Below the pieces are notes generated by a model that had not been told where the DNA came from, ran no database searches, and saw nothing but the letters and a program-made list of their open reading frames with translations. DNA of 64,000 nt, taken from positions 62,001 to 126,000 of IMG/VR virus record IMGVR_UViG_3300028676_000003. The stretch is one strand, 5' to 3'. The number at the start of each line of letters is the position of its first letter. The stretch's first letter is position 1. Shown one piece after another: positions 8,228-17,715 of the stretch. A program made the position numbers and the translations under genes.

Positions 8228-9319
8228 ATGGAAAGAGTTATACAAAAACTAGAAAGAGCTACTATACCTCTTGTATCTAGTGTCATTAAAGACGAATTTA
8301 TCGCTGCAAGTGAAACTGCTTTTGACTGTGCTTTTAACGGTACATCAACATTTTATCCTTGGAAGATGCCCGATATACCTAAAGACTTCAAGTTAGGAAT
8401 TATCGTAGGTTCTTCAGGTTCGGGGAAATCTACACTTCTTAAAGAATTTGGTACAGAAGAAGTTCCTGTTTGGGAATCTGACAAATCAATCATATCACAT
8501 TTCGAAACACCAAACGATGGAATCAACAAGCTTATGGCCGTTGGACTGAATTCTATACCGTCTTGGTACAAGCCATATCACGTATTATCCAATGGTGAAA
8601 AATTTAGAGCTGATTTAGCACGCAAATTACGCACGAACTGTGTCATAGATGAGTATACTTCCGTTGTAGATAGAAACGTGGCTAAGGCGGCTTCTGTGAG
8701 CTTATCTAAGTATGTTCAAAGACATAAGTTAAGTGGAGTTGTTTTATCGACGTGTCATCATGACATTGTTGATTGGTTGGAACCTGATTGGGTTTTGAAT
8801 ACAGATACAGGTGAATTAATTCACGGTTTTTTTTTTAAAAGACCAAGCATCGATATTGAAGTATATCGCACAACAAATGAAAGTTGGCGAATGTTTAAAG
8901 ACCATCACTATTTAACTGGAAACCATAATTCAGCTTCAAGATGCTACTTGGCTGTTTGGAACGATACCGTTGTTGGATTTGCCAGCGTAATTACTATGCC
9001 TAGCGGAACCGTTAAGAATGCGTGGCGTGGACATAGGAGTGTTGTCTTGCCTGATTTTCAGGGAATGGGAATTGGTGTGAGATTTACTGAGGCTGTTGCT
9101 CAAATTCACTTGGATGAGGGACATAAGTTTTATTCTCGTACAGCTCACCCAAAGATGATAGAGTATAAGACTGCATCACCTTTGTGGAAACCGACTAGTA
9201 AAAATAAGAAGCTAAGAAAAGATGTTACCGATGATAATACCTTTAAGAATCACGTTTACGATAATAAACGTTTATGTGGTAGCTTTGAGTATATTGGTCC
9301 TAAACAAGACCAATCTTAA
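8228..9319 (+). CDS. ABC-type ATPase fused to GNAT acetyltransferase (COG2401-like)
   Basis: Walker A GSSGSGKST, LSNGE signature, Walker B VIDE; GNAT motif VLPDFQGMGIG. Confidence 0.9.
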   Translation: MERVIQKLERATIPLVSSVIKDEFIAASETAFDCAFNGTSTFYPWKMPDIPKDFKLGIIVGSSGSGKSTLLKEFGTEEVPVWESDKSIISHFETPNDGINKLMAVGLNSIPSWYKPYHVLSNGEKFRADLARKLRTNCVIDEYTSVVDRNVAKAASVSLSKYVQRHKLSGVVLSTCHHDIVDWLEPDWVLNTDTGELIHGFFFKRPSIDIEVYRTTNESWRMFKDHHYLTGNHNSASRCYLAVWNDTVVGFASVITMPSGTVKNAWRGHRSVVLPDFQGMGIGVRFTEAVAQIHLDEGHKFYSRTAHPKMIEYKTASPLWKPTSKNKKLRKDVTDDNTFKNHVYDNKRLCGSFEYIGPKQDQS

Positions 9320-9758
9320 AGATTGCATCGTACATTTCTTGTTTCTTGAACATTGATGCGTCGAAGAATCTTTTGCTAATTTCTTCAAAAAGCTGAGTAT
9401 CAAGGTTATCCATTTCGTATGCCTTGTCTGCTTCTCTAACGATGTAATTTCTGTTTTCTAGAGTAGTAATCATATCTTCATCACAAATTTGGTTTGTGAA
9501 GTCATGGTTATTATTTTCTAGTTTTTGGATAAGTTCATCATCATCGAAATCATCAATATCTGATTCAAAATCCTTTGTATATTTTACTTCGTAGTTGTCT
9601 ACTACATAATCAGGAAGCATATCGTCTTGATATTCTTCGATTTCTTCAAGAACTTCTTTGATTGAGATTTCAATATCTGCGAAACCATCTAGTGTTTCCG
9701 AATGAATAAGTCTACCGTGAAGGGTAATTTTATCGTCTATTGTTTTTGGTGTTTCCAT
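9300..9758 (-). CDS. Acidic hypothetical protein
   Basis: Start reassigned to ATG 9758 (METPK) because the track start overlaps the promoter at 9777-9807. Confidence 0.7.
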   Translation of the reverse strand: METPKTIDDKITLHGRLIHSETLDGFADIEISIKEVLEEIEEYQDDMLPDYVVDNYEVKYTKDFESDIDDFDDDELIQKLENNNHDFTNQICDEDMITTLENRNYIVREADKAYEMDNLDTQLFEEISKRFFDASMFKKQEMYDAIFKIGLV

Positions 9759-9776
9759 ATAATGTCTTTTAATAGA

Positions 9777-9807
9777 CAAAGGTACTAAAATAAAACAATA
9801 AAAGCAA
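9777..9807 (-). promoter_or_regulatory. Bacteroidota-type sigma70 promoter
   Basis: TTG-N20-TACCTTTG. Confidence 0.8.
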
Positions 9808-9810
9808 GTC

Positions 9811-10539
9811 TTATTGGTATAGTTGAGGGTTTAGTTTTCCATATTTTCTAATGATAACACCAGCAACTGCATTGGCTTCATTTTCAATTGGACTTCCGTC
9901 TTCTCCATCTTTTCCAGCGTTTAGTAGTCTTCCTTGAATATTTTGTTGATGGTGGACCAATTCGTGAGCTATTGAACGACATACATCGATAATTGCTCTG
10001 TCTTTAACATAAATCTTGATGAATCCATCTAAGTTATAGTAAGCAGTTGTTGTTAAGTCAGGCGTTCTCTCATAGGCCAATTCAACCTTGATATCATCAT
10101 TTATTCCAAGATGTGCCTTGGCAAAGTTTATAAAGTCTGCAACTTGTCTTACATCTCTTTCATCGTGTGTTAAAAGACCTTCTCTAAGAAGACTTTTAAT
10201 CATTGGTTTATTTTCATTCATCTTAGGGTATCTAATCATATCATCTTTGAATCCAAAGTGCTTATATTGTCCTTTATTGGCTTTAAAACCAAACTTTTTA
10301 TAGAATTGAACAAGTCTGTTCTTATTTCCACCGAAATCACTTGATGGAGTAAGAGCGATAATTTGTTTATTTTTATCTGCATAGTTTATCAGGTCGGTCA
10401 TAATCTTTGAACCAACACCACTATTTCTAACGTCTTTATTTAAAATAATTTTAGATAAGATAAGACTTGTTTTGTTTTCGTAGATATCTAAACCTTGTAG
10501 ATATTCACTATATTTGTTTCTTAAAATTTCTTGTATCAT
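9811..10539 (-). CDS. GNAT domain plus HEXXH (zincin-like) domain fusion
   Basis: VRNSGVGSKIM ... FYKKFGF (GNAT); IAHELVHHQQ ... ENEANA (metallopeptidase-like); linker MIKSLLREGLL. Confidence 0.75.
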   Translation of the reverse strand: MIQEILRNKYSEYLQGLDIYENKTSLILSKIILNKDVRNSGVGSKIMTDLINYADKNKQIIALTPSSDFGGNKNRLVQFYKKFGFKANKGQYKHFGFKDDMIRYPKMNENKPMIKSLLREGLLTHDERDVRQVADFINFAKAHLGINDDIKVELAYERTPDLTTTAYYNLDGFIKIYVKDRAIIDVCRSIAHELVHHQQNIQGRLLNAGKDGEDGSPIENEANAVAGVIIRKYGKLNPQLYQ

Positions 10540-10552
10540 ACTTTATAAATAT

Positions 10553-10582
10553 AAAAAAACCCGTGAAAAAATCCACGGGTTT
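10553..10582 (-). terminator. Intrinsic terminator (clpC)
   Basis: CCCGTG/CACGGG stem, T run on minus strand. Confidence 0.8.
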
Positions 10583-10590
10583 AGTTATTT

Positions 10591-13113
10591 TTACTTAGCT
10601 ACTTTGCTTTTTTTTACCTTGACAATGATTTGACCTGTTTTCTTGTCCAAGTCAATAAGGATTGTTTCACCTTCTTTAACATTTTCGTTAAGGATTTCAT
10701 CAGCCACAGGGTCTTCAACGTAGTGTTGAATTGCTCTACCAAGAGGTCTAGCACCATATGTCTCATCATAACCTTTATCTGCAAGATAATCAACTGCTGA
10801 TGGGGTGATTTCGAACTTGAAGTGTAATTCTCCAATTCTAGATTCCAACTTAGCCAACTCTAAATAGATGATTTCGTTGATATCTTCTTTACGTAAGCTG
10901 TTGAAGATGATTGCTTCATCGATACGGTTAAGGAACTCAGGCTTGAATTTTTTCTTAAGCTCTTTATCAATGATGTTTCTAGCTCTTAATTCAGTGTCCA
11001 TTACGCTATCGATTGTCTCGAATCCCATTTTTCTACCGAAGCTTGAAACTTCTTTAACACCGATGTTTGATGTAAGGATGATAAGCGCATTCTTAAAGTT
11101 AACCTTACGACCTAAACCGTCAGTTAATTGTCCTTCATCCAACAATTGTAACAATATATTGAATACATCAGGGTGTGCTTTTTCAATCTCATCAAAAAGG
11201 ATAACACAATGAGGTTTTCTACGAACCTTTTCTGTTAATTGTCCCCCTTGGTCATACCCCACATATCCAGGAGGTGGACCAACTAAACGAGATACTGAAT
11301 GTTTCTCCATGTATTCCGACATATCCATACGGATAAGAGCATCTGAGTCTCCGAAAACTTGTTCAGCCAATAACTTAGCCAAAAGAGTCTTTCCAACACC
11401 AGTTGGACCTAAGAAAATAAACGAACCTACTGGTTTATTTTTATCTTTGATACCAATACGGTTTCTTTTGATAGCCTTAACAACCTTAGTAACAGCGGCA
11501 TCTTGTCCGATTACCTTACCTTGTAAGTCTTTATCCATGTTGATAAGCTTTTTACCTTCTTGGGTTGAGATTTTACTTAAAGGAATTCCAGTCATCATCG
11601 AAACGATTTCTGAGATTAATTCAACACCAACTTCGGTAATTTTCCCGTCAAGAGTAGCTTCCCATTCAGCTGTAGCAGTTTCAAGTTCACTTTGGATTTC
11701 TTTTTCAACATCACGAAGCTTAGCGGCTTCTTCGTATTTCTGTCTGATAACAACTTCTTTTTTCTCTTCGTTTATTTCTAAGCGTCTAGCTTCAAGTCGT
11801 TTGATATTTTCAGGTTTCTCAACGCTAACACCAGTGCTTGAACCAGCTTCATCTAATACGTCGATTGCTTTATCAGGCATAGCTCTATCCATGATATATC
11901 TATCAGAAAGCTTAACACATTCCTCAATAGCTTCATCAGTGAATTTAACCTTGTGATGTTTTTCGTATTTATCCTTGATATTCATAAGGATAGTTTTTGT
12001 TTCTTCAAGAGTTGGTTCATTAACCAATACAGGTTGAAAACGTCTTGTAAGGGCACCATCTTTTTCAATATTTTCACGATACTCATCAAGAGTAGTAGCA
12101 CCAATACATTGGATTTCACCTCTTGCTAAAGCAGGTTTAAGAATATTTGAAGCATCAAGGGAACCCGAAGCGTTTCCAGCACCTACAATAGTATGTAACT
12201 CATCAATAAACAAGACTACTTCAGGGTTTGCTTTACATTCTTCAAGAATGGCTTTCATTCTTTCTTCGAATTGTCCACGGTATTTTGTACCTGCAACGAT
12301 TGACGCTAATTCAAGGGTCATAATACGTTTATTTGCAAGGGTTCTAGGAGCTTCACCATCTTTGATAAGTTGAGCAAGACCTTCAATTATACTGGTTTTA
12401 CCAACACCTGGGTCTCCGATAAGAACTGGATTGTTTTTCTTTCTACGTGAAAGAATTTGTGAAACTCTTTTGATTTCCACTTTACGACCAACTACTGGGT
12501 CAATTTCACCTCTTTCAACGGCTTTAGATACGTCTCTACAGAAATTATCTAGAACTTGTGTTTTTGATTTGGAATCGTTTGTTGTCGGTTTTTTGAAGTT
12601 ACGCATAGACTTGTTTAAATCGTCTTGGTCTTCGTCGTCACCACTAAAGGCACTGTTTTTGTTTTCTTTGTTCCCCATATCTTTCATTATTTTTAAAAAA
12701 CTATTATACGTTACACCACCTTCTCTTGAAAGGTGATTGTTAACTGGTATTTCGGCACGTAGTATTCCTAACATAAGATGGGTTGTATCAATAACAGAAT
12801 CATTTAGTTTCTCACATTCTGAGTCTACTGTTTTGATTATCAATTTCATGTCTTTAGAAAATGGCAATTTACCTTTTTTGGACCCTACTCTAGGTGTTAA
12901 GTCGGTGTCTCTTAAATACTGAGAAACTTTATCGTGTAGTTCTTCAGTATTCACTTTTAATTTTTCGAACACTTGAGTACATGCATTATCATCGTCTTGT
13001 AAGATAGATAATAGTATGTGTTCGGGTTTGATTTCAATATCATCAAACGTCTTTGCCACAACCGTAGCTTGATTCATTATAATTTTTACTTTAGGAAAAA
13101 TATCATTATTCAT
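10591..13113 (-). CDS. clpC: ClpC-type Hsp100 AAA+ ATPase
   Basis: Clp-N domain, GDPGVGKT and GPTGVGKT Walker A motifs, UVR-like middle domain ([11 protein letters not shown]), MGF ClpP-binding loop. Confidence 0.93.
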   Translation of the reverse strand: MNNDIFPKVKIIMNQATVVAKTFDDIEIKPEHILLSILQDDDNACTQVFEKLKVNTEELHDKVSQYLRDTDLTPRVGSKKGKLPFSKDMKLIIKTVDSECEKLNDSVIDTTHLMLGILRAEIPVNNHLSREGGVTYNSFLKIMKDMGNKENKNSAFSGDDEDQDDLNKSMRNFKKPTTNDSKSKTQVLDNFCRDVSKAVERGEIDPVVGRKVEIKRVSQILSRRKKNNPVLIGDPGVGKTSIIEGLAQLIKDGEAPRTLANKRIMTLELASIVAGTKYRGQFEERMKAILEECKANPEVVLFIDELHTIVGAGNASGSLDASNILKPALARGEIQCIGATTLDEYRENIEKDGALTRRFQPVLVNEPTLEETKTILMNIKDKYEKHHKVKFTDEAIEECVKLSDRYIMDRAMPDKAIDVLDEAGSSTGVSVEKPENIKRLEARRLEINEEKKEVVIRQKYEEAAKLRDVEKEIQSELETATAEWEATLDGKITEVGVELISEIVSMMTGIPLSKISTQEGKKLINMDKDLQGKVIGQDAAVTKVVKAIKRNRIGIKDKNKPVGSFIFLGPTGVGKTLLAKLLAEQVFGDSDALIRMDMSEYMEKHSVSRLVGPPPGYVGYDQGGQLTEKVRRKPHCVILFDEIEKAHPDVFNILLQLLDEGQLTDGLGRKVNFKNALIILTSNIGVKEVSSFGRKMGFETIDSVMDTELRARNIIDKELKKKFKPEFLNRIDEAIIFNSLRKEDINEIIYLELAKLESRIGELHFKFEITPSAVDYLADKGYDETYGARPLGRAIQHYVEDPVADEILNENVKEGETILIDLDKKTGQIIVKVKKSKVAK

Positions 13114-13144
13114 ATTATATTGTAGGTTTAAATCGTTTACTTAG

Positions 13145-13175
13145 CAAAGGTACTAAATATTTTTTATATAATCAA
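13145..13175 (-). promoter_or_regulatory. Bacteroidota-type sigma70 promoter (clpC)
   Basis: TTG-N20-TACCTTTG. Confidence 0.8.
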
Positions 13176-13177
13176 GC

Positions 13178-13208
13178 TTGATTACTAACATAAATATTCG
13201 TATATTTG
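13178..13208 (+). promoter_or_regulatory. Bacteroidota-type sigma70 promoter (KTSC-thyA operon)
   Basis: TTG-N20-TATATTTG. Confidence 0.8.
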
Positions 13209-13223
13209 TATAAACTATTAATT

Positions 13224-13433
13224 ATGGCAGAATTAACAAAATACGGATTCCCAAAAATTGAGGTCCTAATAAGGTCTAACACTGGTTCAATCAGTAGATT
13301 AGAATTTTTAAATTCGACATATTCCATTGAATGTGGATTTATGATGATTGAAAAATACGACGAAAATAATAATATAATTTGTGAGGTTTTCAGCTTAAAT
13401 GAAGTAAAATCTTACAAAGCATATACAAATTAA
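13224..13433 (+). CDS. Hypothetical protein
   Basis: Start reassigned to ATG 13224 (track TTG lies inside the promoter). Confidence 0.7.
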   Translation: MAELTKYGFPKIEVLIRSNTGSISRLEFLNSTYSIECGFMMIEKYDENNNIICEVFSLNEVKSYKAYTN

Positions 13434-13446
13434 ATAAATTTAAAAA

Positions 13447-13887
13447 ATGTTACTAAAAAAAACAGAACAACAAGGAAAAATTAAAGCATTATATTTGTCA
13501 TCAAATATTTGTGCGTCAATCTATGACAAAGAGAATAAGGATTTAATCATCATTTACAAAAACGGTGGTCAATACAAATATCCAACTGTTAGTCTTACAG
13601 ATTACACAAGATTCGAAATGGCCGATAGTCAAGGAGCCGTATTCAACTCACACTTGAAAAAATATGCTCACTTGAAATTAGACAGAGTTGATACTGCTGA
13701 AATCATGAACGAGGTTAACGACCTTAAAGAAGCTGAAGATAAAAAGATGCTTGAGGATGCTACAATCCTTATGATTCACCAATTACAATCAGTTCTTACA
13801 ATGTATAATGTTAGTGGAGCTATTGACAGTGCTATCTTAGATAAAGCTGACAAATCTATTCAACACTACAAAGGTATAAAAAAATAA
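13447..13887 (+). CDS. KTSC-domain protein
   Basis: SSNI..SIYD....L.I.YKNGG.Y.Y..V ... SQGAVFN pattern. Confidence 0.8.
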   Translation: MLLKKTEQQGKIKALYLSSNICASIYDKENKDLIIIYKNGGQYKYPTVSLTDYTRFEMADSQGAVFNSHLKKYAHLKLDRVDTAEIMNEVNDLKEAEDKKMLEDATILMIHQLQSVLTMYNVSGAIDSAILDKADKSIQHYKGIKK

Positions 13888-14072
13888 TGGAACAACCAAA
13901 TTATTTAGATGGTTTTATCCAACAATCCAAAGAAGAGCTGTCCGATGAAGATTGGACAGTTTCTCGTTGGTTGCAATGGATGAAGTTGAATAAGTATAAA
14001 ATAATAAACGAAAGAGATGAGCAAAGAAACAGTACAAATCAGCAAGAAAAAACTTCAGAAGCTTCTGAATAA
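13887..14072 (+). CDS. Small hypothetical protein
   Basis: TAATG coupling to previous gene. Confidence 0.55.
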   Translation: MEQPNYLDGFIQQSKEELSDEDWTVSRWLQWMKLNKYKIINERDEQRNSTNQQEKTSEASE

Positions 14073-14205
14073 TTTTTATAGTGTTTGTAGTATGTGTGAT
14101 GAACTTGATATCTATGAACACCAAGAATTAGATAAAAGCATGCAGAAAAAAGAAGAATGGGCTGAAAAGAACTTCGGAAGAGACATTGATAAAGAACAAT
14201 ATTAA
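14017..14205 (+). CDS. Small hypothetical protein
   Basis: 62-aa ORF in operon. Confidence 0.6.
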   Translation: MSKETVQISKKKLQKLLNNFYSVCSMCDELDIYEHQELDKSMQKKEEWAEKNFGRDIDKEQY

Positions 14206-14662
14206 TATGGATTTAACTAAAATAAATGGTGATGAAATCATAGCTTTCCTCAACGAACAATCAGAAAATAACGATGATTTAATTGATATCAGTGTTTATC
14301 CAAGTACATTTGTTTTTGTAGACCAAAAAATTGAAAATGGTATTTATACACTTACTTGTACTGGTAAATATAATAATTGGGGGACACTTCAAGTAATTGA
14401 AGATAACTTAATACAGATTTCTGATAATAAGGTTGAATGTTGGTTTAGTGAACCTTTTGATGGTGATGGAACCTGTGAGGCTTTAGAAGAGGTATTATTA
14501 CCTTGGCTTGAGACACATGAATTTAAAGATGATAAAGAAGAGCAATTCTACATAGAATTGGCTGATGTTTATGAAGGAATCCGTGATGTTAAATTTGATG
14601 ATAAAGAATACTTACAAACACTAATTGATGATTTGATAAGGATTAAAACATATATGAAATAA
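14186..14662 (+). CDS. Acidic hypothetical protein
   Basis: 158-aa ORF coupled to thyA. Confidence 0.7.
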   Translation: MIKNNINMDLTKINGDEIIAFLNEQSENNDDLIDISVYPSTFVFVDQKIENGIYTLTCTGKYNNWGTLQVIEDNLIQISDNKVECWFSEPFDGDGTCEALEEVLLPWLETHEFKDDKEEQFYIELADVYEGIRDVKFDDKEYLQTLIDDLIRIKTYMK

Positions 14663-15780
14663 TGAATAATTTAGATAAACAATATCAAAACCTACTTCAA
14701 GACATTCTTGATAACGGTAATGTAAAAGGAGACAGAACTGGAACTGGAACGATTTCAACGTTCGGACGACAATTTCGTCATAATATGAAAGATGGTTTTC
14801 CACTTCTTACAACAAAAAAGGTTCCATTTAAGCTAGTTTTAACTGAACTTATTTGGTTTCTTAAAGGAGATACCAACATTAAGTTCCTTGTTGATAACGG
14901 ATGTAATATTTGGAATGGTGATGCTTACAAGAATTACATAAATAATTCTAAATCAACCAAAGAAGGTCCTGATTGGATGCAACATGATGTTGATTTTCAG
15001 TATCTAACTATGGACGAATTCGTATCTAGAATCAAAGATGATGAGGGTTTTGCTAGAAAATGGGGTGAATTAGGACCTGTTTATGGAAAGCAATGGAGAG
15101 ATTGGGAAGTAAACGAATTGGGTGATGGTGCTTATGCAACAACAAATGATGATGGTTATATGAAACAATCATTTTTTGGTCATGTCGATATTAAAAGAAT
15201 TGACCAAATTGCCGATATCATTCAAGAAATAAAAACAAACCCTGATTCAAGAAGACTTATTGTTAGTGCTTGGAACGTTGGAAAGATTAACGAGATGGTA
15301 TTGCCGCCTTGTCATAACTTCTTCCAATTTTATACAAGAGAATTAACTCATAATGAGAGAATGGTAATATGGCAAAACCAACAGGATGGTAGAAGTGAAT
15401 TTATTATGGAGTGTTTAGATAATATTCCTAGAAGAGCTATTAGCCTTATGTGGAACCAACGTAGTGTTGACACATTCCTTGGATTACCTTTCAACATAGC
15501 ATCTTATGGTCTTTTACTTGAAATCATCGCTACAGAAGTTAATATGGTTGCTGAGGAATTGATTGGTAACTTGGGTGATACTCACTTATATACAAATCAT
15601 TTGGAACAAGCCAAGGAACAAATTGGTAGAGATTCATTTGATTTACCAAAAATTAAAATTAATGATTCTTGGAAATTTGGTTCAAGTTCGCCAATATTTG
15701 CTGACAAGTTAGAACTAGAAATGTTCGAATTACTAGATTATAAATCACACGGAGTAATAAAAGCTCCATTATCAAATTAA
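14662..15780 (+). CDS. thyA: Thymidylate synthase
   Basis: DRTGTGT, LPPCH catalytic Cys, NQRSVD.FLGLPFNIASY, GDTHLY. Confidence 0.98.
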   Translation: MNNLDKQYQNLLQDILDNGNVKGDRTGTGTISTFGRQFRHNMKDGFPLLTTKKVPFKLVLTELIWFLKGDTNIKFLVDNGCNIWNGDAYKNYINNSKSTKEGPDWMQHDVDFQYLTMDEFVSRIKDDEGFARKWGELGPVYGKQWRDWEVNELGDGAYATTNDDGYMKQSFFGHVDIKRIDQIADIIQEIKTNPDSRRLIVSAWNVGKINEMVLPPCHNFFQFYTRELTHNERMVIWQNQQDGRSEFIMECLDNIPRRAISLMWNQRSVDTFLGLPFNIASYGLLLEIIATEVNMVAEELIGNLGDTHLYTNHLEQAKEQIGRDSFDLPKIKINDSWKFGSSSPIFADKLELEMFELLDYKSHGVIKAPLSN

Positions 15781-15783
15781 ATT

Positions 15784-15808
15784 AAAGCATCGTTTAGATG
15801 CTTTTTTT
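15784..15808 (+). terminator. Intrinsic terminator (thyA)
   Basis: AAAGCATC/GATGCTTT plus T run. Confidence 0.8.
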
Positions 15809-15843
15809 GTTTTCTATAATATTTATAAATAAAGATAAAAATT

Positions 15844-16089
15844 ATGGCAAAAATTAATGATATTCACAGTATTATCGTATCTGCGGATGCTCCTATCTTC
15901 AGCGCACACACTTACACTGAGATACTTGGTGGAACAGCTGGGTGTTCGGTAACTCTTAACGGTACAGCCGTTGAAATTGCTCCTAGTTCAAGTATTAGTA
16001 TTTGGGTTAGAACAATTAGTGGTGGAGCGGGTTGTTACTTATTGGGTGACAATAGAGATGTAACTCAAGGAAGTCCAACAGTTGGATAA
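15844..16089 (+). CDS. Small late (probably structural) protein
   Basis: Late motif 16 nt upstream; beta-rich 81 aa. Confidence 0.6.
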   Translation: MAKINDIHSIIVSADAPIFSAHTYTEILGGTAGCSVTLNGTAVEIAPSSSISIWVRTISGGAGCYLLGDNRDVTQGSPTVG

Positions 16090-16147
16090 CAACTTTGGTT
16101 AAAACCTAGATATTTATATAACATAAAAGAAAACAAAAATATTTAAT

Positions 16148-16870
16148 ATGAAAAACAATAACATAAATGTAAACCCAATTGGTTTAAAAGGTTCTGAAGT
16201 TAACGCTCGTATGAAAGAGTTAATGGGAATTAGCACTATCAACGAAAACAAAACCAATTCTAAGGTTGAATTAACTAAGATTGGTCCTGATGGGAAGTCT
16301 TATGCTATCATAAGAGAAAACCATAAATACTTTATCAAAAGCAGTGAAAAAACCAAAGGTTTAATTGCTGAAGATTTTAGCTACATTGGTGGTTTAAAAA
16401 ACAAAACTTCTGAAGCTTACGATTCATATGCTAGTGCTATCAAACACTTGAACATCAACTTTAAATCACTTGCTGATGCACATGGTCAAGGTGGTGATAT
16501 CAACGTGTTCAAAAACGACAACTTGATTAATGAATCAGGTGTTGCTGGATTCTCTAATCATAGTGGTAACGGTTTCTCAGGTGCTGGTAACATGGAAGGT
16601 AACACTCCATTATACGAAGATACTGAAGAAGTAACTGAAGGTTATGATGACGAACCATACTACGACGATGTTAAAGGTAAAAAAAGCGACAGATGGGATT
16701 CTGATGATGCTGACGACAAAGAAAGCGATGATGCTGATGATATGTCAGAAGCTGAATTGGCTGTTGATGCTATCCTACAAGAAACTGAAGGTAAGAGATT
16801 ATCTATCCGTTTTGCTATGGAGAACATGGACGCTATCATTGAGTCTATCGACGTAAAAAAAAAAGACTAG
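16148..16870 (+). CDS. Putative prohead core protein, N-terminal part (ends at A10 run)
   Basis: Acidic, several INE/INES sites; ends GTA AAA AAA AAA GAC TAG. Confidence 0.75.
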   Translation: MKNNNINVNPIGLKGSEVNARMKELMGISTINENKTNSKVELTKIGPDGKSYAIIRENHKYFIKSSEKTKGLIAEDFSYIGGLKNKTSEAYDSYASAIKHLNINFKSLADAHGQGGDINVFKNDNLINESGVAGFSNHSGNGFSGAGNMEGNTPLYEDTEEVTEGYDDEPYYDDVKGKKSDRWDSDDADDKESDDADDMSEAELAVDAILQETEGKRLSIRFAMENMDAIIESIDVKKKD

Positions 16871-17715
16871 TTAAAGAAGAAAAATATACATTAAAGGTTG
16901 CGAGCCCTGCGCCAGCACCTGTTCCACAACCCCAAGAACCAGCACCTACTGCTGGTTTTGGTGCTTCTGAAAACCCTGAACCAACTGATAAACCATTCAA
17001 CGATGAACCGTTTGATGCTGGTGTTGAGGCCGATGAAGAAACAGACCCAAAAAGATACATTGAACAATTAACTGGAAAGCTTGGACAATCACTTAGACAA
17101 TATACGTCTAGTATTGGTCGTCCTGATTTCGACCTTGAAAAGTTCGCAATAAATTCATTATTGTCAGCTACTCATACCGCTGAAATGGATGAAAAAGATA
17201 GAGAAGATATAATAACTAAAGTTAACACAGCTGGTAACAATGATGACGATTCAGAGAATTCTGATTTTGATAGTACTGACCGTACTCCCGATAATAACGA
17301 TGGTAGTAACGATGGGGGTAATGATGAGTTTGGCGGTGATGCTGAATTTGGGAATGATAACGATGAAGAAGACTTGGAAGAAGTCCAAATATACGAAAAC
17401 GAAAGTCTTTTTCTTGAAGAGCCAGTGAGATGTAATATGTTTCAGCATGGGTCGAATGATATTTTAGATGAAACTCTTAATGAGGGCTTGATTAATCAAA
17501 AAAAAAGTAGTATCTTTGAAAAAAGATATTTAAAGTCTAAATTACAAGAAAGTTTTAATCAAGAAGAAGAAATGAAGAACAACGAAGAACCATTAACTGC
17601 ACCTGCGCCTGTCGTTAAACCTGACGTAAAGCCTGACGTGGCACCAAGTAGAAGAAATAAACCCTTCTTACCGATGCCTGAAGTGCAACCAGACCCTAAA
17701 GCTAAGAATGAGTAA
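16864..17715 (+). CDS. Minus-1-frame continuation of 16148..16870 (Pro/acidic putative core protein)
   Basis: Frame open 16843-17715; first ATG only at 17185; 16864-17160 encodes protein-like RLVKEEKYTLKV ... DPKRYIEQLTGKLGQSLRQY. Confidence 0.7.
   Translation, partial: RLVKEEKYTLKVASPAPAPVPQPQEPAPTAGFGASENPEPTDKPFNDEPFDAGVEADEETDPKRYIEQLTGKLGQSLRQYTSSIGRPDFDLEKFAINSLLSATHTAEMDEKDREDIITKVNTAGNNDDDSENSDFDSTDRTPDNNDGSNDGGNDEFGGDAEFGNDNDEEDLEEVQIYENESLFLEEPVRCNMFQHGSNDILDETLNEGLINQKKSSIFEKRYLKSKLQESFNQEEEMKNNEEPLTAPAPVVKPDVKPDVAPSRRNKPFLPMPEVQPDPKAKNE

Noticed and set aside
11309-11956. Long antisense or alternate-frame ORFs in the track (also 23986..24222, 27785..28213, 38316..38897, 62169..62645)
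   Set aside because: Shadows of well-supported genes caused by codon bias or repeats; no promoters or protein-like composition
14662-15780. ThyA as a dCMP hydroxymethylase for modified DNA
   Set aside because: It has the canonical PFNIASY Asn specifying dUMP and the PCH motif
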